DNA of 64,000 nt, taken from positions 66,402,001 through 66,466,000 of the forward strand of contig OX597822.1 of the NCBI GenBank assembly GCA_951406725.2, in the 5' to 3' direction. How positions within the stretch are numbered: position 1 is the stretch's first letter; every line of letters starts with the position of its first letter. The position numbers and the translations under genes were made by a program. This DNA is from Octopus vulgaris. Taxonomy: Eukaryota. Positions 39,651 through 53,440 of the stretch are shown here, piece by piece. Under the pieces are notes generated by a model. That model worked only from the letters and a program-made list of their open reading frames with translations, searched no databases and had not been told where the DNA came from.

Positions 39651-40265
39651 CCTGTTAGTCTGTTACTCTATCTATTAATGTCTTGGTATATGTATATGTG
39701 CGTATGAGTGTCCGTGTCTGTGGAGGTGTGTGTGAGAGAGATACAGAGAGACATAAAGAGTTACTTGTATAACCCTAGCTACGCAGGAATATTTTTATCT
39801 CATTTTCAATCTACTCTGCATCTTACATCAATTCATTCAAATATTGTTCTTCACTCAAATTTGTGATTTTACCCTGCTTAGTGCAACCAGCTGTGGATCG
39901 TTTACTCCATGTTGTCATTTGCATATTTTCACTAATCCTTCTTCCATTTCTTTCCTCATTTTCACCCCATTTTTATTTTTTTGGTATATTGTCAACTCGT
40001 TTTCTTATTATTACTATTAATCCAAATACCCTCTTCTATCATATTTTTACGGGGACCCTTTACCATTCTTTGCTTATGCCCACTAAAATATGACCGCTAT
40101 TACTCAGTTTCAGACTTTTCCATTTTCGGCAATTCCCTTTAATGGGTATCTCTGTCATTCCTTTCCTCGCGTGGCTCTTATGACGCAACCAGTTGCTGGA
40201 AAGGCCGTCGCGTGAAGCTTACAGACGTTGTTATCACGAACGTGTATATATGTGTGTATGAATAA

Positions 40266-40310
<45 letters not shown>

Positions 40311-40313
<3 letters not shown>

Positions 40314-40930
40314 TTCCTTCACCTATGTTTCCGACGAAGAGCTCCGCTCAAAACGTTAAACCCTCCTTCTTCCCTTCTTTCCTGAGCGTCCAATAATACT
40401 ATATTTGTTCCACGTCCTCGCGTTGTTGTGTTTTTTGTGTTTTCTTGTTTGGATTAACTTTATATACCACACGCTCACACAGGCCCCGGCCCTCTGAGTG
40501 CCTTGGATACCAATTCCTGGATTTTTACACCTACGGATTACTGTTACCATTCTTCCGGAGTACGCCACCGAAATCGTGATTGGAAATCAAAAAAATCTGT
40601 CCGTGACTCTACAAAAACTTTTTTTCCTCGAACTTTTTTTTTCTCGTACTTTTTCCTGTACTTTTTCCTCGTCGTTCTTTACCTTTCTTCTTGTACCTCC
40701 ATTTTTCCACTTGTGTCGCCACCACTTACACCTACACAAACATTCACCACTTCTCAACATGGCTGACTTGCACTCGTTCCTCCACTCTTCTGTCTTTGAA
40801 AACAACCTTCTTCACCCTTTATACTTCAGGTCTTTCAAAATGTGACCTCGTGTGTACCGTTGGCAATTTTTTTCCTCTGTCTTCCCTTCTCGAGATCTTT
40901 CCTTCTCCTATGTTTCCGACGAAGGGCTCC
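40311..40930 (+). mobile_element. Penelope-like element remnant with partial tandem terminal repeats
   Basis: tctttccttc.cctatgtttccgacgaag occurs at about 40311-40340 and 40896-40925; homologous to 26765-26915. Confidence 0.6.
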
Positions 40931-41028
40931 AAAAAGAGGGCTATCCGAGCATGAATGCCTCCATTGGAAAGCAAACAACACTGTGCTGGATTGGTACGCG
41001 ATGATGTCTATCTTTATGTATATATTTT

Positions 41029-41110
41029 TTCCCCTGACGAAGGCGGTATTATCTGGATGCACACTAGTGCTTTAAACATAACAATAAACCCCTGAAATGG
41101 CCATAGGGAT
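41029..41110 (+). ncRNA. Type I hammerhead ribozyme motif
   Basis: tccc-CTGACGA(41034)-aggcggt...acccct-GAAA-tggcca-ta-ggga; palindromic stem III loop. Confidence 0.6.
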
Positions 41111-41514
41111 AAGTAAATATGGTTCCCTGTTTAACTATAAGGCTTCTTTTACTTGAATATGAACTTTTATTTTATTTACATGATATATATTATATATTTT
41201 TTATATGCTCCTATATGTATATATTTATATTTTATATATTTTTATATAACTTTATATATTGCTTTATATTATATATTTTTACTTTCTAGGTTTTCTTTAA
41301 AAAAATGTCTTTTTCTGAATCGCTAAAATATTAACTCTAAACTGTGATGAAAAAAATTTTCACGCACCTTATTATTATTATATGCTTGTATGCTTGTACA
41401 GATGAATTATGTTCCATCTTGCGGGATGTTTATATGTATATTCTATGATTAAATGTTCGAATTATGAAATGATATGCGGATGACCTCGCCTTTGTTTGTT
41501 CAATAACTTTAGTT

Positions 41515-41562
<48 letters not shown>

Positions 41563-41599
41563 ATATGTATATATGTATGTATATATACATGTGTGTTTT

Positions 41600-41651
<52 letters not shown>

Positions 41652-42114
41652 CACACAGCGGCAAAGAGGGACAGAAGAGTAATAGGGAGTGATTTGCTAC
41701 TTTCTCACATTATACTCTTATTTTCTTATCTCTCATTTTCTTTCCATATCCCTATCTTTTTTGTTACTCCTCATGTTCGCTCTTTTTCTTCTATTCAATG
41801 CTATTTCTCTTTCTTCTACGTTTTCCTTACATTTATCCAACCCATTCTGTGGAGTTTTGGTTCTATCTCTCCCTCTCCCTCTGCATCCCTTCACTCTTCT
41901 TCCTGTCTCACCCTCTCGCTATCTCCCTCTACATCATCTTGTTGTCACATCTCATTCTTTCGGTCCCGATAATTCTAACAGATATCCTCTACTTATTCAC
42001 GTCTTCCTATACACTTGTAGCCATCCTTCAAATCCATCCACTTAACAGCTAATACACACAGGTGGATGAGATAAAACGTACATACATGCATGGACACAGA
42101 AATGCGCGTATTAT

Positions 42115-42158
<44 letters not shown>

Positions 42159-43091
42159 ACAAACATACAACGATTTATAGCTTCACATTCAATCAGACAC
42201 TCATACCGCACAAACTCGTATAGTCACTTCCCTTCACCTTCAATAACTCCTAAACCACTCAACTCATTCATTCACAAAAACACAACAAGAATATACAATT
42301 GCACAGCGCCGTAAACACTCCCTTGCGTATACAGAAGAATACACACAAATTATACAAACCCCACATATACAAATACACACAAATTTACTACTTCATAGTA
42401 TAATTACTCACCAACATATAATCCCAATATTACCATACACATGCGTAGCTGCACACTGTTTTCACTTGCACATGAACATGCATTTCTCCACACTTAAATA
42501 CACACAACCTTTTCCTTCACCGCATTCAGTTTCCACACATATACACGCACAAACAGATAATAGATCTTCTCAAATGCGTGCGTATGATTGACTCACACAC
42601 TAACTCATAAATATACGCGCACATATTTCTGATACATCTCAGACTAAAACAATTATACACATTTACACACAGAGGGCATACTCATCTTACGTGTGTGTGT
42701 GTGTGTGTCTGTTTTCATTGAGATTATCACTCCCTTTCAGCTAAACTAACAGCGACTAAAAACCCAGTGAACGCAGTTTTTACTTAAAGGGAGCAATTAT
42801 TGATATTGCACAGTAGAGTATTTTTATCTAATTTTTTTCATGTGTATTTGTTTCGTCAAGTAAACAATAGATAGGAGAAGAGGTTGAATGTTGAATATAG
42901 AAAAAAAAAAAAAAAAGGAGAAAAAATTAAGTGGCAGGGTTTATTTAGTTGGTGGAGTTGGTGGTTGGGATGGGAGAGTTGTAGGAATTTTTAAGTTGTG
43001 AAGAGGTTGTGACTATAAAGTTACAAAGAAGAGTATATTCCTTTCAAACAATATCAATTGAATTGCATTGATAATGCTATAAACGAGTGTT

Positions 43092-43144
<53 letters not shown>

Positions 43145-43242
43145 GGGGGTGGTGGTAGGAGGAAATACATTGAGAAAGACTGAGAATGAAAATGAAAGAA
43201 TGGCTAACGTGGAGAAATATTCGTAAAGATGGAAGGAAGGAC

Positions 43243-43320
43243 ACGGGCATATGGCGTAGTGGTTAAGAGCGTGGGCTACTAACCCCAAGATTCCGAGTTC
43301 GATTCCAAGCAGTGATTTGA
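43243..43320 (+). mobile_element. Short tRNA-derived SINE head followed by (AAT)n
   Basis: tggcgtagtggttaagagc...gagttcgattcc; no acceptor stem. Confidence 0.65.
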
Positions 43321-43328
43321 AAAATAAA

Positions 43329-43360
<32 letters not shown>

Positions 43361-43361
<1 letters not shown>

Positions 43362-43540
43362 TTTCTTTTCAAACGTCATTTTCTTATGGTTTCTTAAACA
43401 TTTTCTAGAACAACACTATGTACAAAACCAAATATCTGGCACACTAGGTACAACACCAGCATGAACTTCCTTCCAACTTGAGGTCTCTGGGTGAAACTTG
43501 GGGCTAACTAGTACAAATGTAAAGCAAAAGTCAGACATAA
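43361..43540 (+). mobile_element. Third R4/Dong 3' UTR fragment in (AAT)n
   Basis: ccaaatatctggcacactagg...gaggtctctgggtgaaacttgg...aaagcaaaagtcagacata matches 29150-29267; (AAT)n on both sides. Confidence 0.85.
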
Positions 43541-43594
<54 letters not shown>

Positions 43595-43664
43595 CAATAA
43601 TAATAATAATAATAATATCGAAAAAATACCTTAGGAATGAAAACCCAGATTCGAAATGTCCCTC

Positions 43665-43712
43665 AAGACACCTGATGAAGGCTGGAGGGTATATCAGCCG
43701 AAACGTTGTGTT
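43665..43712 (+). ncRNA. Minimal type I hammerhead ribozyme (Penelope/retrozyme type)
   Basis: gacac-CTGATGA(43672)-a-ggctg..cagcc-GAAA-cgtt-gtgtt; stems I and II pair; aacgtt palindrome. Confidence 0.75.
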
Positions 43713-44725
43713 ATCAACAAGCAAGATGAGGACAAATATCCGTCAAATGTAAATAATGTAAGTAATATGGAATGAAAGGATTAAACAGAACGATTTAACG
43801 AAAAAAAAAATTGTTTACTTCCTTTGGTAAAAAGCTATCTTTATTGCAATAGGTAGAAATAGGTATGGCTTTAAAGGTCTACAATATAGTGTATTGGTAT
43901 TTAAGTGTATATTGTGCGAAAATGCACATTTATGGGCGAGAGTGTATTCGCATCTTAGAGAGAATCTATGCTGGAGAGATAGATAGATAAATAGATTGAT
44001 AGAGAGCGAGAGAGAGAGAGAGAGGTTGTGGGAAAATGTGTATGCTTGCGCGTGCGCGTACGTGTGTATGAGAGAGAGAGGAAGGAAGATAGAGAGGGAA
44101 AGATATAATGACTGTGAGATACAGACAGAGGGATAGAGATTGTATGTTTTGTGTACTCTGTAGCCATTCCGGTAGTTATGTCATTCTCAAGAACACATTA
44201 GTGTTAACAGCTTTTACATATTTCCGTCCTAGTTTATGTGAACGGAAATAGGTAAAATAGTGAGGTACAAACTATCCGCATTACCACACACTGTGCATTA
44301 TATGACTGATGGTTATGCAACCTATTTCATCAAATGCGAAGAACTGAACTAAGATTTTACCGGGGCTGCTAAAGAAAAGGCAGAGAAGAAAGGGACGAGA
44401 TATAACAGGAATATTTTTTTTTAAATACATAAAAATAATATGAACTTCGTAGTCCGATGAAACTGCGACAGTAGTAATAGTATATTCATTGGAAGTCTTT
44501 GGGTATCAAAAGATTCGATTGGAGGAAAGCTGATCTTACTGTATGGGAATGGATAGAGATACGTTTCCATCGTCAATGCTGCATTATTTTCACAGGATAT
44601 TATTTTATCAAAAGTAAAGCTCTTATATTATGATAGTACTGTTTGACATCCTGCTCCTCAAACGAATCTAGTTTCTTTATTGTTTCAGCAAGCAAGATAC
44701 ACAACAAACATAATTTAAACAATTA

Positions 44726-44898
44726 TAGGCGCGGGAGTGCCTGTGTGGTAAGTATCTTGCTTACCAACCACATGGTTCCGAGTTCATTCCCACTCCGTGG
44801 CCCCTTGGACAAATGTCTTCTACTATAGCCTCGGGCCGACCAAAACCTTGTGAGAAGATTTGGTAGACGGAAACTGAAAGAAACCCGTCGTATATATG

Positions 44899-44951
<53 letters not shown>

Positions 44952-45192
44952 GTATGTATGTGTATGTACATGTTTGTGTGTCTATGTTTGTCCCCCCAAC
45001 ATTGCTTGACAACCGATACTGGTGTGTTTACGTCCCCGTAGCTTAGCGGTTCGGCAAAAGAACCGATAGAATAAGTACTAGGCTTCCAAAGAATAAGTCC
45101 TGGATCGATTTGCTCGACTAAAGGCGGTGCTCCAGCATGGCCGCAGTAAAATGACTGAAACAAGTAAAAGAGTAAAAAAAGTAAAAGAGTAA
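44726..45192 (+). mobile_element. SINE A, full length
   Basis: Consensus head to tail. Confidence 0.92.
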
Positions 45193-45639
45193 TACTGGTA
45201 GATACAAAACAGGTGAACTCGGAGTAATGTTGAAGTGCCTCATAAATTTCGGAGACTTGTACTGAAAAATGGACATATGATAAACAGTATTTCAAAATGA
45301 CAAGCATAAAATATATTCTAAAATGAGTTAATGTAAAATCAACAATCAACATTTCCACAAACCTTTAATCTACTAAAACTATATAATTCCTTTGAGATCA
45401 GCGAAAATCAAAATTGTTATTTCTTTTAAAACATATTGCTTTTAAAACATATTTCTTGTAAAATATATTTCGATTAACCTACGACGCCAAGATGAAATAC
45501 CCATTGTTTATACAAAGATTTTATAATAATATGTTTTAAGCTTGCTCAAATTTCAGCGATATATAGAGTAACAAATTATTATTATGAAATGTTTGTAGCC
45601 TGTACACTGTGAATAATTCTATGTAGTGTCGTTGGTTCA

Positions 45640-46220
45640 GTTATGAGGGGCAAAGGACCTAAGATAATACATATTGTTGAATTAATTGTTCCACACGAAG
45701 GAGGTTTCCTTATAGCCCAGGTTAGAAAGGCCATGTGTTATGAGACCTCCATGAAAGACTATAAATACTGGTTGGAGTGCAGTACACTTTCCTGTGGATA
45801 TACGGGTTGTCTTAGACCCAGACTGAGGCGATGGCTCCTATCAATTGTTGCCTAAGATCGGCAATGATATACCATCTTGAAGGAGATCCCGGTGGCAGTT
45901 GAGAGGGCCAGCCAATGGATATGGTTGAAAAGGAATGACTAAACCTGGCTGGAAAGGTGATGATTCCGAAAGGGACATGAAGTCAAATAGTAGTCAGTTG
46001 AAACAGAAGGCGGGGCCTCACATCAGTGAGGGAGGCCAGTGCGTTGTAAAGTCGTTGAGAAGAAGGTCTCAAATGGTGCACATTATCTCCTGGTGATCCC
46101 TGAAACCAACTGGCATGCGGCTTGCTTGGTTTTCTACCGAGTGTGCTTGCGCTGGCAAGCTCTTCTTGAAAGTTTTCACACCTCATATTGACCTCACCGT
46201 GATGGAATGTAGACATGGCT
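45640..46220 (+). pseudogene. Possible decayed LINE C-terminal remnant (CR1/L2/Jockey-like)
   Basis: GC-richer island; fragments AQVR and ACLVFYR resemble post-RT motifs; weak. Confidence 0.25.
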
Positions 46221-46595
46221 GTAAAATTATAGTAAATTATGAGGCAATATGTAAACTATAAACTACATAGTTGTATCACGTTCATTTGCTTGCGTACCAG
46301 TACTGAGTCCTATGCTTTATTCCATTCATATGGCTTTGTGAGGAAGTTGCATCGAAGATACACTACACACAGAAATATATCCCGCCATGATGCTTCCTCG
46401 AGCCAGAAATCGTTGTATGAATCACAACTATTACAACCTGTACAAATATTCTTTCAATGAAAAATGACAATTGTATAAGCAACAAAGGCAACAAAAATAG
46501 CCCAGCGTAAATCATTAACAAGTGATCGTCTAATGGATTCTTGTAGTTACCTGACTAAGCAAAACGTTATGCATATTTGAGGAAAATGTTGACTC

Positions 46596-46764
46596 TATTA
46601 TTATTATGATTGTTATTATGATTATTATTAGTAGTAGTAGTAGTATTATTATTGTTGTTGTTATTATCCTTATTTTTGTATTATTATCATTATTATTATT
46701 ATTATTATTATCATTAATATTATCATCATTATTATTATTATTATTATCATTATTATTATTATCA

Positions 46765-46837
<73 letters not shown>

Positions 46838-46850
46838 TATTATTATTTAT
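46596..46850. repeat. (ATT)n microsatellite
   Basis: Direct observation. Confidence 0.95.
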
Positions 46851-47574
46851 TCATTTTGAAAACATTTAAAACACAAGCAAAAACAACTACACAAATCAAC
46901 AAAATGGAACAATTTTCCCGGATCTTAGTTTTGTTCTGTATTTTTGTTCCGCCTATTATCACCCACTCCCAACCATCATTTCTTTTTATTATTATTTTTT
47001 TTTTTTTTGTTTATATCGTTCATTTCAATATTCGTCACCTCCATTGATGTATTTTCCATAAAGCTTTTAACCTTTCATCTTTTTTTTTTTTTTTATATTG
47101 TTATTTTTTCCTACTCATTCGCAGATGCTATAAATAGCGAAAGAGTAAAAAACAAATCAGCTCCGGATTCCATGAGAATGCTTGGCCTTTTCTCTCCCTA
47201 ATTTGTAAACGTACTTAGTATTCATCCCACACATGAAAACACTTCTTTAGGTTTCCAATATTTTATTGTTATCCTTATTTAATTTCTTATTGGCGCCACA
47301 TTCCATTCTCGAGAACTCTCAATTTTCGTCAGTAATGGTTATAAGAATAGCTGCAGTTGTCATAGCTGCTTATAATGCTGTACCGATTCTTTGTAGTGTT
47401 ACTGCTATTGTGGTTGCTGTTTAGTGTTTAGTCTGAAATTAGCCGAGATCCAGTAGACCGAGGATCTTGATGCGATCATCTCGTCAGAGATACACAAAGC
47501 CTTTGATAGATATTGGAGCGAAATCATCTTCTTGTAAAAAGACGAGATACAGAATGAAAGACACGTATGTAAAA

Positions 47575-47718
47575 ATTCTTTTCTACTCTAGGCACAAAGC
47601 CTGAAATCTTTGGGGAGGAGGCTAGTCGATTAGATCGGCTCCAGTACATAACTGGTACTTAATTTATCGACCGGGAAAGGATGAAAGGCAAAGTCGACCT
47701 CGGCGGAATTTGAATTCG
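47575..47718 (-). mobile_element. SINE B 3' part with type-2 tail
   Basis: ttcttttctactctaggcaca...gaaaggatgaaaggcaaagtcgacctcggcggaatttgaa. Confidence 0.85.
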
Positions 47719-48949
47719 TAAAGATTGTAGAAGGGATAGTAACATATCAGACGAAAATTATAACCAATATTTAGACAGAATCAGAAGCGACAGCGGTTAT
47801 GGTGACGATGTTGATGGTGCTGGAGGTGATGGTGGTGTTGGTGGTGATGGTGGTGGTGGTGGTGGTGGTGAGGAGGAGGAGGATAGCGCTGACTACGAAT
47901 ACGATGAAACAACCTAACACGTTATGCGTTAGTATAATACTGACTTAAGCAGTATAAACGCTGTCACTATCCTTTGTTTTCTCCGACATTGTATTTTTTG
48001 ATGTTCACTTAATTTTGGCTAGAAAATAACCCGGCACCCATAGCTGATCAAACGCTACACAAACGGTGTCAAGAAATGTGTAGTATCGACAGGTCGTTGA
48101 ACCCACTAAACTTTAGCTACAAAAATTACTTCAATACCATACTGTCATCTGATAAAAAAAATAGACTAGTTCTGGACGGAAAGAGTTGGATGCAAAGACG
48201 GTGATTGTTTACTAAATCTAACAATTTCGATAAGGTATAATTAATTACGTTCCTATAATAAATGTTTTTAAAAAATATTAGAAAAAATGTTGACGGTGGT
48301 AAATAAATATTCTGATATACATTTTCTTTAAAAAGAAAATGACTTTTACACTTATATATGATGCACTGTGTGTGAGTAGTGTGATGTCGGCATAGAAGAC
48401 TTTTTATCTTTAAAACATGATTACAAGTTGGTTAAGATTGGCTCCTCTAGCAATTTTAGAGCAACAAATCTCGATGATATGAGAAATGTTATCAAGAGAT
48501 TTGAGCTGTATGAGAAAGAGAATAGTGTAATTTAGTGCTTGAGTTTAGAAACAAATCAGAAAAAAGGCAAAAAAAAAATGCACCACAATATTTCAGTGAT
48601 AAAATATATGAGTGAGAAAATTAAATCTGCAACGACTGTAACAGATTGAAGAAGTTTGTAAAATATATTTTGCTGATAGAAGACATTGAAGATAATATTT
48701 TCACTGAAAATAATAAACGTAAGTATAAAGATATAGACTTTAAATTTGTTTTTTAGTGTTCGCTTGTCGAAATTAATTACGTCTGATAAAATATTTTGAG
48801 AAAGTTTGAATATATTACAAACAAGTTTGGAAACTTTTATATTTCTCTCCAGCAGATTCGGTTTGAATGAAACATATCATTTCTTTACAAGTCGTCTCAG
48901 AGTAGTATTATCTGCAGACATATTTGTCATTATATATATATCTATATCT

Positions 48950-49402
48950 ATATAACATATGGTGTAATTACAAACAGGGCAAATTTTAGCCATTTTCCCG
49001 CAGACTGAAAAAAAGACGATGAGCATACTTAATCGATTTTCAAACATTATTGGGTGCGCATCAGAGGTGTCTACCTCATTCTGACAGTGTCCAGAGAAAC
49101 GAGTAGCCAAACTGTTTATATTCTCAACATATTCAACAGTTACTCCATGAAGGAGTCCCTAATTTGCATACCGAAATTGTTTTAACACTATAAATACCAG
49201 CAGCCACTCAACGGGGATCTCAGTCCACACAGTATCAATGTATACTATAACAAATATGTAGCATATGGTATAATTATAAACAGCGCAAATTTTAGCTATT
49301 TCTCCGCAGTCTGGAAAAACCTTAACAATCAATTTTCGAACCTTATTGGTTTCTCATCAAAGGCGTCTATATCATTCTTAAATTCTCCAGAAAAACAACC
49401 AG

Positions 49403-49407
<5 letters not shown>
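48950..49407 (-). repeat. Diverged direct repeat (306-bp period), each unit with a hammerhead relic
   Basis: catatgg..aatta.aaacag.gcaaattttagc at 48956 and 49262. Confidence 0.7.
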
Positions 49408-49443
<36 letters not shown>

Positions 49444-50379
49444 GCTCATTTCACTCTTCGTTCATTCGTTCCCCCTCTCTCACATTTCTTAGCCTTATCT
49501 TCTTGCTGACTTTCCCTCCACTTTTCACTTCAAAGTGTCCCTGTCATTTTTCTCGCCCCCCATAATTCTTCTGTCCCTCTATTTCTCTCTCTTCTCTTCC
49601 CACGTGACCGATCGGCCAGACTGCTCGCTCTTTTTTTCTGGGTCTGACTGTGGTTGGTGCAACATCGATATCCTTCCCTGTATTTGTGAAGTTTCTGTAT
49701 TTCTGCCGTAAGGCTTCATTTCCACACGCGCCAGCTTAATCCAATTCGTCCTTAGTCGAAAGACATCTGTTGTTATGTCCTGTTACTATGTTATTGTATT
49801 TTTTATTGTATTTATATTTGTGTAAAATTGTTTTTTCCGTCCTTGGTTTTGGCACAGCGCCACACTTGAGATCGTATAGGTGTATTTTTACTCACTCCAA
49901 TCTTTACATGTGGGCAGATATATGTCGCTATTAATAGAGAAACGGGCTCCAGTAATTTGAAAATTAGTATCAATCAAACAGAATATATAGCCTACAAAGA
50001 AGTTTTGTAATCAAATTGATATTATCGAAAGGAATATTGTTCATAATCTGAATACGGAAATTTGTGAACTTTGAATGTACAAGAGTATAAACAAGCGTAA
50101 AATAGTGTAAACAACTAAAATAGAAGTATATCTAACTAATACTTTTCTTAACACTTTTTATGTAGCGGTCGAAGAAAGCGTTGACTTTTGTTATAAGTAG
50201 TCCACGTAACCATTCATGACGCAGAGGCTGCGAGCATATTTCAGTTCGGGAGTGAATCATCATAATATGTCACTAAGTTACAACACATGTCATATAGCTG
50301 CAGTAGGATGCTGTATCACCAACAATATTGTGATTTCTCTAAGACATCGCTCAGTAATCTATCAAGTCCATTTACATAT

Positions 50380-50565
50380 TTCTCAATATGCTTAGCGGCA
50401 TTTCGTTTGTCTCTACGTTTTGATTTCAAATTCCGCCCTGGTCAGCTTTGCCTTTCATCTGATAAAATAAGTACCAGCTGAACATTGGAGGTCAACGTAT
50501 TCGAGTTAGCACCCGTCCAAACCACCAGCTCCGAAATTGCTGGCTTGTGCCAAAATCTAAATCGA
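50380..50565 (+). mobile_element. Degenerate SINE B
   Basis: atgcttagcggcatttcg...tttgcctttcatc..gataaaataagtaccag. Confidence 0.8.
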
Positions 50566-51649
50566 ATATAAATCGCTTAATCAACTTACATCGGTCAGGT
50601 TCTCATATATAACACAGCACGAAACTTTGAATGACAAACTCAGAAGCTATACATCAACACAGCAGACGAAAATTGCAGCCTATAATTAGATAAATATTAA
50701 TGCATAAACTTCTATAAATTTATATAAACAAATTGAAGCTAGTACAAAAAGCATTGGTAAGAGTCATCGATTCGAAAGAATGATGTCGTATTGCAGTAAA
50801 ATAAGAAGAAGAGGCCGGAATATCACCACTCCGTCACAGATTACTTCAACAGAGCGCCAGTTTTCATCCCTGTTATCTTCTGGTACTTTACCCGTGTAAA
50901 ACACACTATAGTTGAAACTGGAGCCCCTGAAAGAAACCAAGGTACCGAAATAAAATTGTTCATCGCTACGCTAAAATCAGGCAGTACCAAGGGGGACGTT
51001 TTATAAGACCGAAACGTGTTTTAATTGGTCTCTTAAAAAGCAAAGGCGACGTGCACCAAATATTAGGAATAATTTATTAGCAATCTTAAATTTTTTAATG
51101 ACTAATTAACTGTAACATTGAGATTAAACTAAATTTATTAGCTTTTATTGTTAACTACGGTACAATTACTCTGATATACAATTATTTTTTTGCATTGCAA
51201 CTGTGTCTAATCATACGTCGTCTTATAAGATCATCACTAACATTTACTAATAAATCGATTCCATTTTCTATCTTTCTAAATCTCATTAGTTACACTTTAA
51301 CTACTTCATACTAAAACCTAATATACATAAGTTATTGCTGCTAAATTAAAACAAAATTCGCTGGTCTTATTGTACACAAATAATCAATTAATTTCTAATA
51401 TCCAGAGAAGTCTAGATATTTAATCGCATTTACTTCCTCATTAATTCTACTAGTCTCTAAATCCCTAGAATATATTTTTTATTACGAATTAATTAAAAAT
51501 AATTGGGTGCGAAATTTCTTCATTTATCATACATCACAAAGAAAACGAAACTCGAAGGATGCTAAATATAAGTCAGCTAACGAAGGATTAGGTTTACACC
51601 ACCTATCCTTCGAAAATAGAACTTCAATTTCATCAAAATGGATATATTG

Positions 51650-52118
51650 ATCTTTTATCTTATTGTTCCTTTGGTCACTGAACTGCGGCGATGCTAGAGC
51701 AATACCTTGAAGGGTTTCATCGAAAAAATCTACCCCATTACACACACACACACAAACCGATAGGTGATGACAACATAAACAAACCGACAGCGGTTATATA
51801 AGTGTGTATGCGACTGCATTTCACAATTTCCGTTAACCCATATTATCTCCTAAGACTTTAGTGAGTCCGGTGTAGAGCACTAGACATGCCCAACGTGTTG
51901 TTTGTCCGGGGTAGAGCAGTAGATATGTTCAACGTGTTGCGCAGCTGAAATGCAGCAGAAATGCTTAGCGGTATTTCGTCTGTCTTTATGGTCTGAGTCC
52001 AAATTGCGCCGAGGTTGGCTTTGCCTTTCATCATTTCGGGGTCGATAAATGAAGAACCAGTTGCGTACTGGGGCCGTTCTAATCAACTGGCCCCCACCCA
52101 CAAAATTTCGGGCCTTGT
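51650..52118. mobile_element. Degenerate SINE A (-, 51650-51945) adjacent to SINE B (+, 51955-52118)
   Basis: Partial consensus matches. Confidence 0.65.
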
Positions 52119-52129
52119 GGAGTTGGGTA

Positions 52130-53440
52130 CTCGGCTGTCTGGTTTATTGTTGTATTTATTGTTATTGCTTTTCATCATGTTTTCGAACCTTCTATTTATT
52201 GTATTAATGATTTCGATTGTATACGTGCATATTACTCTTGTTGTCGAGATTTTGGTGAAGAATTTGGTGTTGTTGCTGTTGTAGGTGATGAATGGTTGTA
52301 AGGTAGATTATTTTTCGACTTGTCCTTTGGTATTATATTTTGAGCGAGTTTTTTTCTTTATTTTTCTTCATTTTTGTCCTGCCACAAGTCTTTTGCGACA
52401 GATTGAAATTCTCCCTGTCAACCGATAAAGTTTCTGAATCCACTAAGTCTGTGTTGATATTGAGGAGTGTATCTGTATGTGAGGGTGCAATTAATATGCT
52501 ACATGTTTCGACCTATGAGTCTTTAGGGGACGTAGCGTGCTGTTTACTTTCGCAACTACCGTTGTTGGTGGTGTTGTTGTTATTGTTGTTGATAAGCAAC
52601 AAGACGGGTAAGGGCGATTAGGTGCCGCTCTAGGGCTTAGGGGTGGGAGACCCCAGACCTTGGAAAAAGAAAACTTTGGTCGTTTTGTTGTAGTCCAGGG
52701 CTCTTCGTTGACGCCCGACACCACTGGGAGGTGGCCCTCGAAGTCGCTGGAAATGGATATCTCCAGGTCCAAATTCTTGAACGGTTGGTGGTGGCGGTGG
52801 TGGTGGTGCTTTTGTTGCTCTTGGTTTTGAAGTTTATTGCTGCTGCCACTCTGAGGATTATTGCTGCATAGGTTATTGTTGCAGCTTTTCATTTCTGGCC
52901 GTCGCAAATGGTGTTTTTGCTGTCACTATGTTTGTAGAGCTGATAGCAGTGCAGGCCTTCTTCTGCGTCTCATTTATTGCGTGGACAGAGGGCTTTCAAA
53001 TGGAAGATATACCCATGAGTTTATTACAAGAGCCTTCATGCCTTCCACCATGAACTTGAGACCTGCCCGGTTTGGCGCCTCAGTGAGATCAAAGATCTTG
53101 TCTAGTGTTTCCAGTTTCACCCGTACTAAAACCGCAACGTAACTCTGGACTAATTTTCATTACAATATTTCTTAATATCAAGAAGCGAGCTAAACCTTCA
53201 ATAACTACATACCACGAGAAAAAACGATTACAAATCAAATAGTGTCTAATTAGCCAATATTCAGAACGGTCGGAAAGTGTAAAATTTTTGTCTCAGAATT
53301 TCACAATACATGCGAAGTAACAAGAGCAAGAATTCACAGGAGCCTTGAACATCGTTGCACTTGATTAGCAGCAGCAACAGCGGTCACAAACATTTCAAAG
53401 CAACGGACACTTACCGCATCTTACGAGGTAGCTGCTACTA
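52130..53440 (-). mobile_element. Possible decayed ORF1-type (HAL1-like) element
   Basis: Minus strand LKFMVEGMKAL...HLKALCP resembles the VEG...C..C...GH....CP knuckle region; low-complexity Q/T-rich tail; weak. Confidence 0.35.

Noticed and set aside
43243-43318. Possible tRNA gene with loop CUACUAA
   Set aside because: The acceptor stem does not pair; treated as a SINE head.
44455-44490. ccgatgaaactgcgacagt as a hammerhead
   Set aside because: No GAAA or stem I at the right spacing.
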